Positions 49,172 through 61,627 of a DNA stretch of 64,000 bases are shown in pieces; position 1 is the stretch's first letter, and each line of letters begins with the position of its first letter. Origin of the DNA: Massalongia carnosa (taxonomy: Eukaryota); assembly GCA_965645245.1 (NCBI GenBank), contig OZ287074.1:930001-994000 (forward strand). The letters are read 5' to 3'. Made by a program: the position numbers and the translations under genes. A model generated the notes under the pieces. That model worked only from the letters and a program-made list of their open reading frames with translations, searched no databases and was not told the origin of the DNA.

Positions 49172-51581
49172 ATCGTCGGCTTGCTTACCTCCGGGATCCG
49201 ACTTGAAAAATGTCGACCGCATTTTAATCGGGGAAAGCGGTTGCATCCCGGAAAGCGGTTGCATCCCCCCAAATTCAAATTTCTTCATCTTTTTGATCAT
49301 TGACCAACAACCACATTGATTAAAAATCAGCCGATACCGTACATAGCTTGAAAATCATCGCCGTCATCATCACCATCGTCAAAATCATTTCCCTTGACTC
49401 CCCTGACCCCCTGACCCTCGTGATTCTCCGCTTACTCCGCATACCCCGCATACCCCGCATTCTAACAATCATTCGCATCTCCTGGTTGAAAAGATGCTTC
49501 CGAATCGAATTCTTTCTAATTTCCTTCTTCGCTTCCTCAGCTATCCATACCTCATTCGTGGCCTTCCATAATGCCTCGGGGTCAGGAATCTTCTCATACA
49601 TCTTAATTGGAATGGGACCGAGCATTTTCTGCATTTCTTTCAGCTGTTTAACTCGATCTCTTTCTGCTTTTCGAGCAGCCAATCCCTTGACATGCATTTC
49701 GTCTCTTTCTATTCGCCATAGCTTCATAAAGCTATTATTCGCTCGTTTCTCCTCAGCCTCTTGATCCTGTTGTAGTCTGATGGCTATAGCCTGCTTTGCA
49801 TCTTCCGCTGTGATTCCCAATCTTCCGGTTTCTGGTCTCAGACGTTTACGAGATATTCGTCTGTTATTTAACTGACTTCTTCTGGATTCTCGATGCATTT
49901 CCAGCTCCGTGCCATCGATAATCGCATTCGAAACAACTTCATTTGTATTGTCTACAAATGAGTCCCATTCCTCAGCCCGAGCGGGATCACTCCATTGCAT
50001 GGATTTTCTGATTTTCGGTCCCCATTGACTCAAACCATACTCAATGTCAGCTACTTTTGTCGGTTGGATTTGACGAGGTAGGGGTAGAGGTAATGAGGGC
50101 TCATTATTCAGACTGTTTAATGAATCATTGGGATCATTGGGATTGAAAATTTTCAGCTGACGAATGCATGCCTTTGGATCAATCGGCCACATTCCCGACT
50201 TTTCAAATGCATGCCGAATCGTAGAAGTCTTGAATGTATGATTTCTGATTTTGGTCAAGTCCTGTATAAATTGAGACAGAGAATACTCGACAAATGACGA
50301 CGCAACGACTTCCTCAATAGCTTTGCAATGCCAATGCTTATAAGGCTGAAATACGCCCACATCCAATGGTTGCATGCAATGAGTTAAATGCGGTATAAAG
50401 GGAAAGGGTCGAATGCGATTCTCATTGGCCAAAAGTGAAAATTCAGGGGTTGTATGACTGCCATGATTATCCATCAGCAATAATTGCCATTCCGCATCAG
50501 GTCCTGCATTTGTATGTTTGATAGATGCTTCAAATATTCAATTGCTATCTTATCAGATGTAAAACCACTGTTCGAGGGCACGACATACGTGCCCTCGGGC
50601 ACACCTTCTAAAAACCATGTGGCCATGATGTCATGACCCTGTACGATGATCATTGGAGGGGGGGGATAGTCGCCGGCAGCATTGATAGTCTCAATAACTG
50701 TCGCAGATCTGCGATTTTCCGGGCTGACGGCGTAGAATTGTTTGATTTCCTCAGGAACAATGATTTCCTGACCCCTCATGCATCCAACCCGAAAACCAGC
50801 TTCATCAAAGTTCAAAATGTTCCGACTTTTTCGAATTTTCAACTCTTTCAACACCTCTCTATACCTTTCAAACCATTCTATCACATCTGATTCTTGGGCA
50901 GCTTCATAACGAATCATTGCTAGTGGTTTTGTCTTTATTTTATGAAGTTTGTTACATTTCCACCAGCTCCGAAACCATCTTCTTGACGGGCCTACCTCGA
51001 GGGGGTTATGGGCCTTTTTCAGACTTACAATAGCCTTGAAAACCATCTGATGTGTAGGAAGAATTCCATGCATCAATAAGGACTTAATAAAGCCAGTAAT
51101 TGACCTTGCCTCATGCTCCCTCAGTATCTGATTTTGTCCTCCATTTTCCTCCCTTCTGGTCGACGAATGGAAGGCGTCAAAGTTTTGACGTTGATATTGT
51201 AGATTCTAGCTGCAGTCGTTTTACTTTCTTTGGGATGATTTGTCAGAAATTCCTTCGCCTTTTCCAATCTTTCCATGGGGTTGAGAGTGGAGACAAGGGA
51301 GGCGTCGTTATCCATGATACGAAAGGGGAGATTGGTTTGGGGGATTGATTCGAGAGGAAAGAATTTGAATTGATGATCAGTTGGGTCGGAGAAATAATTT
51401 TCAAGCTATGTACGGTATCGGCTGATTTTTAATCAATGTGGTTGTTGGTCAATACTCAAAAAGGTGAAGAAATTTGAATTTGGGGGGATGCAACCGCTTT
51501 CCGGGATGCAACCGCTTTCCCCGACTAAAATGCGGTCGACATTTTTTCAAGTCGGATCCCGGAGGTAAGCGAGCCGACGAT
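49172..51581 (-). mobile_element. Fot1/pogo-like DNA transposon with ~185-bp TIRs and a TA target duplication
   Basis: 49172-49355 and 51397-51581 are inverted copies with about 6 differences; TA at 49170-49171 and 51582-51583; each TIR has a tandem GGAAAGCGGTTGCATCCC repeat. Confidence 0.95.
49320..51315 (-). pseudogene. Fot1-type DDE_1 transposase (DD35D), frameshifted
   Basis: HTH AARIYNIN, GGQNQIL (after a shift at ~51145), NFDEAGF, LMDNHGSH (after a shift at ~50522), HCMQPLDVGVFQPYK; 35 residues between D2 and D3. Confidence 0.88.
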
Positions 51582-51976
51582 TAGATCTTAACGTAATCTA
51601 ACCGTTGCGTCTTGTCTTGACGGTAACAATACTGATATGCGCACACCGCAGTGATGTCACCGCTCTACTAATCCGTACTCGGTAACTACCAAGCTCAGGA
51701 GGCCACATGCATCCATCTTTCCACTTCCAAGTGGTGTTTGCTTGAAGGTAAGCTTGCAGGGTGTGTGGATTAAAGCAATGGATACAATGAATACACTAGA
51801 TACGGTCAGCACGTGTAACTTACCACAAGCTAACGCTCTAAGATGAAACCCAATCCATCTCACTTAACTCCTCCTCTATGATGGCATCAACGATATAGAG
51901 CAGCTTAGCAGGACTGAATCCTCGTCGCCGCTCCCACGGGGAAGATCTTATATTGGGTATTGCTTAGAACTCCGGC

Positions 51977-54900
51977 ATGCTGTTGTCCTGGGGTAAGCTG
52001 GCAAAAGGCCGACATCGCCAAGAACCCTCGCCGTTTGTCTCCTCGTTTACCGGTCTTCTATCTTCTCCGGTCGCTGCGAGACCGAGTTCGCTGGAGGAGC
52101 GTGGTCGTCCCACTATTGATTTTGATCGGAATATTCCCCACAGTCTCGATGGCAAGGTTGATGAGGAGCCAGAGGAGGAACAAGAAGATGAGGGCGACGC
52201 AGATAATCTAGACGAGGATGCTGACGAGGATGGGGACGAGGATGGGGACGAGGAAATAACACCGCTATTGCCAATATTCTCTGCAGCTCATCTCGGTAGC
52301 TACTCCTCTCACCCATGTGCCTAGCCATCCTAGCCCCACGTTTGTATTAAGCAATATCAGATTCTTTACCAGTATACCATCTTACGCATGTCATTCGCCT
52401 GTTGGTTGTTCCTCGATGCGACACAACCCTATCATGGGACCAGCTGAGATCACCGCAAGTCTCGCAATTCCTTGTGAAGCCAATCCAACAACAAATCCGC
52501 ACATCTCATTTTTCGAGGGCTACGCTGTACGCATTGATGGCCAACTGTTTACAGTTCACCAAGGAAGTGCAGATGAATCCTGGTAACAGCGGCGCTAGCA
52601 AGACCAGAGCTTTGGTTTGTGAGCTTCTGGCCATTAAACTGCTTAAGGAATTCAGTACGCGTGAATTGGTACGTAATAGAGAACAAAGCATACAGTTGGT
52701 GCCTTGAGCTGACAGATTCTAGATTGGTATGCTTGAGAATTACCCAGCGCGTTCGCAGTCAATTGCACTTACATTAAGAAAACATAGATGCGCTGTCCTA
52801 TGACTTCTTCCCGCTACAAGGTCTCGTCACAGATGGCAGCGGAAATTTAACTCTAGCAACACATTGGGATGCGCCACATAAGGCTAAGTCGCTGCCGCGG
52901 GCAGCCCGTATCTCAACGCTAGAGATAGCCATACGAGCTCAATCCAAGCGGTTTCTTGCCCACCCTCTTGTTGTGCAGCAACTTGAAGCCATTTGGGCCG
53001 GTAGCATTGTATTTCACTCGTCCGCAGACAATTTGCACCGATCTATCGAGAAAATATTGTCGAATCAAAACCGAGGATATGGCACCATGGAATCCACTGG
53101 CCAAGTCTTACCAGCTTCTTTAAATCGCTTGAAACCGGCAAAGCAGCGAGTTGCTCTTGATCCAACGTCATTTTCTATCCGTAGATCAGTAACGCTGTAT
53201 GATCCACGTGACGCATCTCTTTTCAAATTGTCGAGGCTCAGAGTCCCTCGCTATCGACAATTTCTCTCCACATGCTCGTTTGCAATTTTGTTGGGACTTT
53301 ACCTGGCTGTGTTGATCGATCGGTCACTGAATATTACTACTTTAGAGGTGGTTTTCTGGTTCTGGAGTGCCGGGTTTATGCTTGATGAGGTGGTCGGCTT
53401 TAACGAGCAGGGTTTTAGTTTGTACATCATGAGCTTCTGGAACACGTTCGACGTTGGCATTTTGCTCTTACTTGTCGCCTTTTATTCCATGCGACTATGC
53501 GGGATTTTGATGCCGGATGTCCGCAAACATGCCGTAGCGGACATGGCGTACGATCTGCTTGCTTCCAATGCCGTTCTCCTCTTTCCACGGCTCTTTTCTG
53601 TGCTCGATCATTACCGCTATTTCTCGCAGCTCCTAATCGCCTTTCGCATGATGGCCATGGATCTTGTGACGGTTTTCATTCTGATTGTCATCAGCTGCAG
53701 TGGCTTTTTCGTTGCCTTTACCTTATCGTTTGGGAGCAACGACTACGATGCTGGTGGTGTCGCCTATGCGCTTTTCCAAATGCTGATGGGATTCACGCCC
53801 GCTGCGTGGGATTCTTGGGAGAAGTACAATATGCTTGGCAAAGGCATCTTGACGTTGTTCTTGTTCATTTGCCACTTTTTAATTGTAACAATACTGATCA
53901 CAGTCTTGACAAACTCGTTCATGGCAGTTGTGCAAAATGCTAATGAGGAGCATCAATTTGTGTTCGCTGTCAATACAATATCCATGGTGAAATCCGATGC
54001 TCTGTTTTCATATATAGCTCCGACCAATGTGATCGCCTGGTTTCTGACACCGCTACGGTTTCTTCTGCCCTTTCGACAATTTGTCCGAATCAATCGGACG
54101 GTAATTAAGGTGATACATTTTCCAATCCTGTTCCTGATATACGCCTATGAGCGGCTCATTCTTCAAGGAGCCTCATTCGAGCCTACCGATCTTGTTGAGC
54201 AACGCGGTCGTCCAGCCGCAGAAGTGACATTGTTCGAGAGTCGAGGTGGTAAGCTGAGTCTTTTCAGCCCCAGGCAGAACCGACTACGTGAGCCGTCGGT
54301 CGCAACGTTTCATAAAGATAGAGCACTCGAGGAGGTTTTCCGGCGACCATTCAGGGACAATACCATCCGGCAACCCCGTAAAAGCCATGACCATCGCAAG
54401 ACCAGCAACGTGGTGAATACCTGGATGCAGAATATGGGTCCTAATGGGACAGCAAGCCCTCCTGTTGAACAAGATAGAACTATAGTTGACAAGCTAGAGG
54501 CGCGCCGACTTGCACATCGGCAGTCTCAGCTACAGCTCCCAAGGTACAAACCCGGACGTGGCCGTAATTTTACTGAAGCAGCTATATCGGTTATGTCCGA
54601 TCCTGAGGACTTTGTTGGGGGTGGGTATTCGGATCGTCCTATGTATCGTAGGAATACGAGTGATTTGCTGCCGTTGAGTATGGAAGATGTTCCTGAGCAA
54701 ACGGATGCAGACGGAGACGACGGGCTCGTCACCAATGATGAGGACGAGAACATGACATTGGACCGCCAGCCCATAAAAACCCCCGAGACTCGTACAAACG
54801 AACCCAAGGCCAGCGACGACTATTTCCCCCACACACCCACCGCAAAATCCCAAGTGCCACAATTTCCATCATCGTTTACTTCCAACTCTCCCAGAGAACT

Positions 54901-55663
54901 ACCTGTTACTCAGCCTGCTATCGTCCGAAGTGAGATACGGCAGAGTAGTCGCGGTCACGCAACAGACCTTTCCACCAGCACGGCCCTTCATGATCCAGTC
55001 TCTCAGCCCACCGATTTATCCTCATCACCAAATCGCAAGGCCATCACGGCTAAAAACAGCGCAAAGAATACAGGGATCGGAACTGGTGCGATGACACCAG
55101 GTTCCGCAGAAAAGCGTACTCCAAAGCGCCCGGTTCCTGGGCAGACGCGAGCGCGACCAATCATGCCATCACGAACTGCGTTTCAGTCAGTACCGAACCT
55201 TGACAGTATGCTCCTGCTTGATAGTGGCCAAGGAAGAGGATCATCATTCGCCTTGGAGCTTGGCTCGGATATTGGCGATAACAAGGCAGTTGGAGGAGGC
55301 TTTGTCGGGGCAGTTCCATCCAGCTTTGCGACACAGATGGCCTTCGCTACCAGTGCTATGAGAGCTGGGCAAGCCGCCGTTGCTAATGGGAATGAAGATC
55401 AACGGATGATGGGTAAATTGATGCTTGCAAGAATGAACGCTCTAGAGGAAGGGTTTCGGGAGGTACTGAAGGAGGTTAAAGAGTGGAGGAAGGAAGAGAG
55501 CAGAAACGCGGGAGAAGATCGATTAGAGGTCAAGAGCGGTGGAGGTAAAAGCAAGAGGCCTGCTCGAAAGGATGGGAAGGCGAAGGTGACCCCTCAGAGT
55601 CACGGGGTTGAATGGGTTGACGTGCGCGAAGGGCCCGAAGGCGAGAAGGGAAGCTCAGTCTAG
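51977..55663 (+). CDS. TRP-like non-selective cation channel, Yvc1 family paralogue
   Basis: LSWDQLRSPQVSQFLVKP; STLEIAIRAQSKRFLAHPLVVQQLEAIWAG; SRLRVPRY; six hydrophobic helices with SFWNTFD and LITVLTNSF; long disordered C-terminus with a terminal coil. Includes a 4-nt micro-exon. Confidence 0.85.
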
Positions 55664-57986
55664 CATGGCGCGCAGGGTGTTGATCGGTTTCTTGAGGATC
55701 ATGGTAGTGGGGGTTAATTGCATCAGGCGGCATGGACTTTGCATAAAGATGGCGGTCTTATCTCTTCATCAACATGTCTTCAAGTCAGTTTGCATTGCTG
55801 GAGTTGACGGGTCGTTTAGCCACGACATTCATGTACTCCATTAGCCATCATGTTCATGTCGGCGCGACCTCGTAACCCTTTTCACTCATGATCCTATGTC
55901 CATTTACCACAGGGCAACGACCCTTTTCGTCATAACCGAGCGTCCAGCTTCTCTGACCATCGCTCAAACCCCCCCTTGGCCCTTCACCAGAAAACGATTC
56001 CAACCAAGCCCATTTCCGTATGAGTCCTTCCGGCGTGAGAACGCATTTCGGCTGCTGCTCTGAGCATCTATCCCATGCTGCCATCCTTTTATACCCCTCC
56101 TCCGGACCGATGTGTAGAAACTTCGTAATTTTTCCTTTGCCCATTGGGCACAGGTCTGGTTCGCTGCATCACAGTCCTGGATTTAAGCCCCACATAGAGC
56201 GCACCGACAGAGATGAAAGCAAGGATAAGGAACGTGGAGGGACGCCTCAAAGTCCGAAAAAATTAGTCGGTAATTAGTGGGAATTGAAATGGGTGGTAGA
56301 GGGAAGGAAGGACAGTGAGAATGAGATGAGGGAAGGAGGATGCTTACGAGAGGATGTTTGGCCGTGGCATCTGAGCGGAGGGTTTGAGCTAATCGATGGA
56401 TTCGCTGAAAGGTTAGTTCAGTGCATTGAGTTTCTTTTGCGAAACCAACGAGCAAGCAATCGATAAGGGAATCAACAATCGATAGTCACGAGAGCGGGAC
56501 TGTGAAAGTCAACGGCGAATGCCGGCGCTGCACCGGCCCGGATCATTCGTCTAAATCAACTTCTAGTAACTTGTAATGCGATCTTCAACTACGTCCATCG
56601 GTTGCACATTCTCTGAAGCCAACTTAGACATCGCCCTCTGGAGCCATAAACACGTTTGGTGCGATAAAATATTCATGTACAGCATCGGAATTCGTTCTGT
56701 ACCAGCTTGAGGAGTTTGATCCATGCCAGCACTCCAAACCAGGATCCTCGAACCAGAAAGTGCAAACGGGAAAGGGAACAACGTGAAGCCGGAGGCGCGC
56801 AATAGCTTTAGAAGCTGGTTCGTGCTCCTGCTGACGTGGCACGTAAGCAAAGACAAGAACAGTAACGCTTCTTGGACACCATGAAAACATTTTAAATAAA
56901 AAAATATACAAAGAAAAATACAAAAACGAGGCGGTGATGTGGAGAAAGTCTTGCCGATCACACCAAATCACATCCGCGACAGGATCCCATTCGATGTCCT
57001 TTTGGAAAAACATGTGCGAGACGCTATGTAGGTAGACTGACAACATTGGCATGACAGAACGGATGACATATGAAAGAATGAAATGACGAGTCGGTTGAAC
57101 AAGAAAGTACTTCGTATTCCGATGGTAAAGGCTTGCCCTGTAGCCTTGTCGGCATCCGCCTTCGGTTGGCTGCCCTGGAATAGAATGAGCCAGTGGAATT
57201 TCTGGATTATTTCCCCTGCAGATGTGTCGCAGGCAGCCGTTTACTAATCTTGACCACGGTCCGTAGTGAAATGCCTTTTTATCTATATTGAAGTTCAGCC
57301 TCATCCATATCCAGGACGTGAACATATTCTCGAAGGAATCGTCTCATAAAGTTCGGAAGTCTGCGGCCTACTGTCGGTCTTGTATCGATCAGGAAAGAAG
57401 CTCGCCATTCTCATCTATCCTGACGGGGAGCTAGCATCATTTGAGTCATCAGAAGCGCTGCACTTGCGACTAGCCCACACAAATCTTACTTACTCTTTTC
57501 TACGTCTCACTTGGAGTTGTTTTATTTTATTTTCTCCCTCTCTTTCCCACCTCAACTCTCTCTGTCACTGGGTCACAAGTTGGTCGAGAGATCGTGCTGC
57601 TACGTGCGTTCTTCAATTTCTTCATCCAAAGCCCCATCTTTCTGACTCTATTACTGAAGCTTTGCACTGGGGTCCGCTGTCAAGCTGTAATTAATTTCGC
57701 ACCCAAATTCTGACGGGCCTCCCAGACTCAGTACACAATACATAGTAAGCTCAGCTACCTCCAAAGCCAGATCACGTAAGTCAGTTGGCTACTTGCTATT
57801 CATCGCCGAAAATATGCTGTTCTTCAACGGGACACTGATATTTAGCAGAAGAGCATTGTAACAACCATTTTGAGTGCCACCGGCGCTCTTTCGTCGTGCG
57901 GAACTTTCGTTCTCAAGCTTGTGAGTGGGAAAATTAACTACAATAAATGGACCGTCATGCTGATAGATGACCCTATCTAGATTGCA

Positions 57987-60900
57987 ATGTCTAACATGAC
58001 GCCTGGAGAAGAGGTTAAAGAGGGTTTAGCCTACAATGAAAACGGAGTCTTCCAGCATACAGACGGAGAGAAAGATATCATTGACGCACTTAAAGCTTCG
58101 CTAGATGATGCACAGGGACCACAAACTGAAGCTCCTGATAAAAAAAGTTCTGTTGAGTCCACCGACGATCCCCAATCATATCATAGTGGACATGCTGTTC
58201 CTCCAAGTTTGAATGTCAGCCCGAGTGAATATGCTCTACAACAGGCGATTCAACTTTCTATGCAAGATGCCAAGGAATTAATGCAGAAGCTTATAGACTC
58301 CAAGTGGGACCGCTTACTTAGTGGCGAGCAAACCGAAGAGAACAAGGGCAAAAGCCCTGACACTGGCGATATGAAAGATGCCGCAGCACTCCCAAACTTG
58401 GAAGATATGATTAAAGACCTCTGCTTGAACATGTATTCCGAGCTACCATTGTTGTACGATCCAAAAGGTGATACCTACGTTTATATTGATCCGCCGTCAC
58501 GACAACCGGAGCAAGATGACAACTCCTACTTTCGCTATGTCGAGCGATACAAGACGCCCTTGCTCCTACGAAAGCAGACTCTTCTGAGCTCTGGCTCGCC
58601 TGTTTTTAAGGAGATGTTTGGCCCAACATCTCAATATCGCATAATCCGCCGTCGCGGTCTGGTTGGAAAGCTTCCCGACAACGTCAAATATGTGATTGAC
58701 TTGACGCCACCAGCTGAAGGGGACGACGCTGTCTACTTGATGACCGAGTTGTGCTGTGTCGATGGGGTACTTCAATGGTTCCTAGCCACTCAGCGATGGG
58801 GAGTGTCGAAGTCTCTCATCGGGGGTCAAGACGAATATGTGCCATCTTCAGGTCACCAACGCATTGATAAAGCCATGGACAACTTGGATGGCCGCACTTC
58901 AGCTTCGCCTAGTAGTTATGGCTGTGCTACAGAACACAACTCTTCTGACACCAAAGGAATTGGTCAATTGGGCCAAGAGTCCAAAGCCGGTTTCACCATT
59001 TCCAACGGCGTTTTGGTACCTCTTCCATTGGAGTATTCTCCGATTCGCCACCGTTCTGCTATAGAGCGTGTGCTTTGTGCGCTCCAGGGACTTGACCCAC
59101 ATCTGGATTCTGCCCCCAAAGTCTGGACCACCTTTGCGGTAGCAAAGACTTTTGAGATTTCTAGTAGCCTCTTGACGGATTACATCGTAAGATGGCTTCG
59201 TGCTACCCCAAATTCCTATTTTCTCGAGGTCATGCCCGAGGTGGTGCTAAAGATGGCGGACGGGCTAAAGTGTTATGACCTCTGCCGGGATGTGTTTGCA
59301 ATCCTCGTGGGCGAGGAAGCACTTGCTACAGCGCACCGTCGCTCAAACAAAGGTTTCGGCTCCCAAAAAAGCATCTGTGGCCGAAAGAAATACGATTGCT
59401 TGGAGGTGTATCAAACTAGGATTGAATACGCAAGTAAAGCATTTATAGAACGTATCACCGGACAGTTCTATGCCCTGGTTGATGCGAAGATGAGCTGGAT
59501 CGAAGAGCTCCCAGAATTTCAAAAACTTGACCTGAATGGCCCTCTTTCTGCCTATGCAGGAGAAAAACTACTAGCAGTGAGATCTAAGTTGAAAGCCTAT
59601 TTGCGCGGAATCATATTTGAGAATCTCTGCGCCAACCACGAATATATGTGGACGTCCGACGAAGGCCGCCCTGGCGGCGAGGATCTCTATCCACGCGTTT
59701 CATGGGCTAGAATCTGGCTTGCTCTTCCGCCATATGAACGGATTTTTACGCGATCCTTTTGGAGGCAACTTAATCTTTGCAGCGTAATATCTGGTACTTC
59801 AAACATTCACATGGATAACGATTGGGACGCGTTCTTGGCAATGGGTAGCGTCTCCGACGCTGAGAGAGCTCTATGCAAGGACAAGCCCACAGAGTACATG
59901 TTCGGTTTCGACTTAGCGGATATGATTGCAGACCTCAACGATTCATGTGTTGCTGATCATCGCCAAACCAATGGAGCGCCAACTAAACAAGGCAATGATA
60001 GGCAAAACGTCGTCAAGGCGTCGCCTTTACACCCTCAATCAATTAAATCCAATGATCAAGCTTCTACGACTAAGTCCGGTTACAGCCACGAAACAGGTAC
60101 CCATTGTCAGATCATTAACGGGCGGCCTGCTCATGAACATGCGTTGACCGAAAAGCCCATCTCCGTCAAGGTACAGACTGAATCCCAATCGATTTCTGAG
60201 CCGTTAGAAATCGATTGTTGGACGTTTGACGAACTCCCAGCAAGCACGCCTATCACTACAACTAGAAATACGGGTAATCCAGATGTTGGCAAAGAGAGCG
60301 CTGACGGACACTTCTTTGACTTATATCAATTCTTTGCGCAGGCCAAGGACCATCTTGCAGACGTCGCCTGTCTCATGTTGGGATCACCCGATGCTTCGAT
60401 GCGGGCACAGACGCTTGAGCTGGGCATTACGAATACTCTGGTCTGCTTGAGTGATTCGGAGTGGAAATTCTTACCAATGTGGGCCGGTGGGAACGACGAT
60501 GGGAGCGGAGGAGTTTTCAATGACGACGTGCCTTTTAGCTATGAGGGTTTCGCAACGGCGGGCCCTCAAGTACGTATTACTTCTGGAAGCTCCACCTCCA
60601 CGTCAGACAGCAGCGATTTTGCAGTCGTTAGGAGCCATCCAGCGAGCAGCTTTCTACATGCGTCCGTCGAAAACCACGATGGGCGTTCGTCCACATTAGA
60701 GCAAGGGCAAGTGGTCTCGGTCGCTTCCAAGTCAAGCGACGACATTTATTCTCTGGACGGCTTCGACATAATCGCAGATAACCGTACGGCTGCGAAGTGC
60801 TCGGAAGACGATGGGTTCACCTTAATCCTAGAAAAGCTATTCGGAGAAGATTATGCTATCGTTAAAGCATCGGACCAAGACAAAATGTCTGATTCGGTGG

Positions 60901-61154
60901 GGACTATCGTAACTCGATCTCAGCTGGTACCTGGCGAGGAAGAAGAGACTCACAAAGCCATTGCAGATATGGAGGCGCAAGAGCAGTGCGATGCCGCGGC
61001 AGATAAGAATAATATCAAGGTGATAAAGGGTGAGGAAACATACGACGATCTGTTTGACAGTTTCAACGAGGAAGACAGCGAGGAGGGAGACGAGTTCAAA
61101 GAGCTGGTCGGTGGTTCTTCCGAGGCCCAGGACGACGATCCAACGGTTCAGTAA
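57987..61154 (+). CDS. Hypothetical protein, 1055 aa (fungal; possible divergent BTB-like core, acidic C-terminus)
   Basis: Uninterrupted 3168-bp ORF with globular-looking segments (LLSSGSPVFKEMF, YVIDLTPPAEGDDAV, LDSAPKVWT, KFLPMWAGGNDDGSGGVF). Upstream splice signals (e.g. intron 57921-57980) suggest 5' UTR exons. Confidence 0.8.
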   Translation: MSNMTPGEEVKEGLAYNENGVFQHTDGEKDIIDALKASLDDAQGPQTEAPDKKSSVESTDDPQSYHSGHAVPPSLNVSPSEYALQQAIQLSMQDAKELMQKLIDSKWDRLLSGEQTEENKGKSPDTGDMKDAAALPNLEDMIKDLCLNMYSELPLLYDPKGDTYVYIDPPSRQPEQDDNSYFRYVERYKTPLLLRKQTLLSSGSPVFKEMFGPTSQYRIIRRRGLVGKLPDNVKYVIDLTPPAEGDDAVYLMTELCCVDGVLQWFLATQRWGVSKSLIGGQDEYVPSSGHQRIDKAMDNLDGRTSASPSSYGCATEHNSSDTKGIGQLGQESKAGFTISNGVLVPLPLEYSPIRHRSAIERVLCALQGLDPHLDSAPKVWTTFAVAKTFEISSSLLTDYIVRWLRATPNSYFLEVMPEVVLKMADGLKCYDLCRDVFAILVGEEALATAHRRSNKGFGSQKSICGRKKYDCLEVYQTRIEYASKAFIERITGQFYALVDAKMSWIEELPEFQKLDLNGPLSAYAGEKLLAVRSKLKAYLRGIIFENLCANHEYMWTSDEGRPGGEDLYPRVSWARIWLALPPYERIFTRSFWRQLNLCSVISGTSNIHMDNDWDAFLAMGSVSDAERALCKDKPTEYMFGFDLADMIADLNDSCVADHRQTNGAPTKQGNDRQNVVKASPLHPQSIKSNDQASTTKSGYSHETGTHCQIINGRPAHEHALTEKPISVKVQTESQSISEPLEIDCWTFDELPASTPITTTRNTGNPDVGKESADGHFFDLYQFFAQAKDHLADVACLMLGSPDASMRAQTLELGITNTLVCLSDSEWKFLPMWAGGNDDGSGGVFNDDVPFSYEGFATAGPQVRITSGSSTSTSDSSDFAVVRSHPASSFLHASVENHDGRSSTLEQGQVVSVASKSSDDIYSLDGFDIIADNRTAAKCSEDDGFTLILEKLFGEDYAIVKASDQDKMSDSVGTIVTRSQLVPGEEEETHKAIADMEAQEQCDAAADKNNIKVIKGEETYDDLFDSFNEEDSEEGDEFKELVGGSSEAQDDDPTVQ

Positions 61155-61627
61155 TGCTACTGCAGAGACGGAGGAAGACGCGAGCCAGCTTGAAAGACGT
61201 GGCTTTCATTCGTGGATAACGAGTTGCTGCCGTTTGCTGTGAGATACATGAGTGTGAGACGTGCTCTTTGCCTGTAGACGTAGGGTTTCTTTAGTGTGCT
61301 CCAGGCCACCCTCTGTGAGCTGCTTTAGTTAGCTACTTCCGTTGATTCGGTAGTCTTGAGTCCAATCCAGGCAACGTGATTTTAAGCTCTACTCATGGTA
61401 ATCATTCCTGGAAGGTATGAGAAGGCTGTTTCTGAAGGTACTCGTACCTGTTCCATTCCCATTGACTTCGTACATAATACCGAATGATTCGTGCCGTCGC
61501 TGACTAAGTTAATGTTAAGCGACGTATTCGTAGATCCTGAAGCAAAGTTAACTCCTCCCTCACTTCCCTTCCCCTTCCCTTCTACTCTCCCCCCTAAACA
61601 CAACCAAGTCCAAGAGGAAAAAAAGCA

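Noticed and set aside
33000..51600. Starship or other giant mobile element carrying the oxidase genes
   Set aside because: No tyrosine-recombinase captain or boundary repeats are visible, and an ordinary SET-MYND gene is interspersed.
55854..56144. 96-aa minus-strand ORF downstream of the channel gene
   Set aside because: Short with no family motif; it may be an exon of a small orphan gene, but the evidence is insufficient.
56624..57325. 233-aa minus-strand ORF
   Set aside because: No recognisable motif, atypical composition, and it spans an A/T run; I cannot support it as a gene without expression or homology data.
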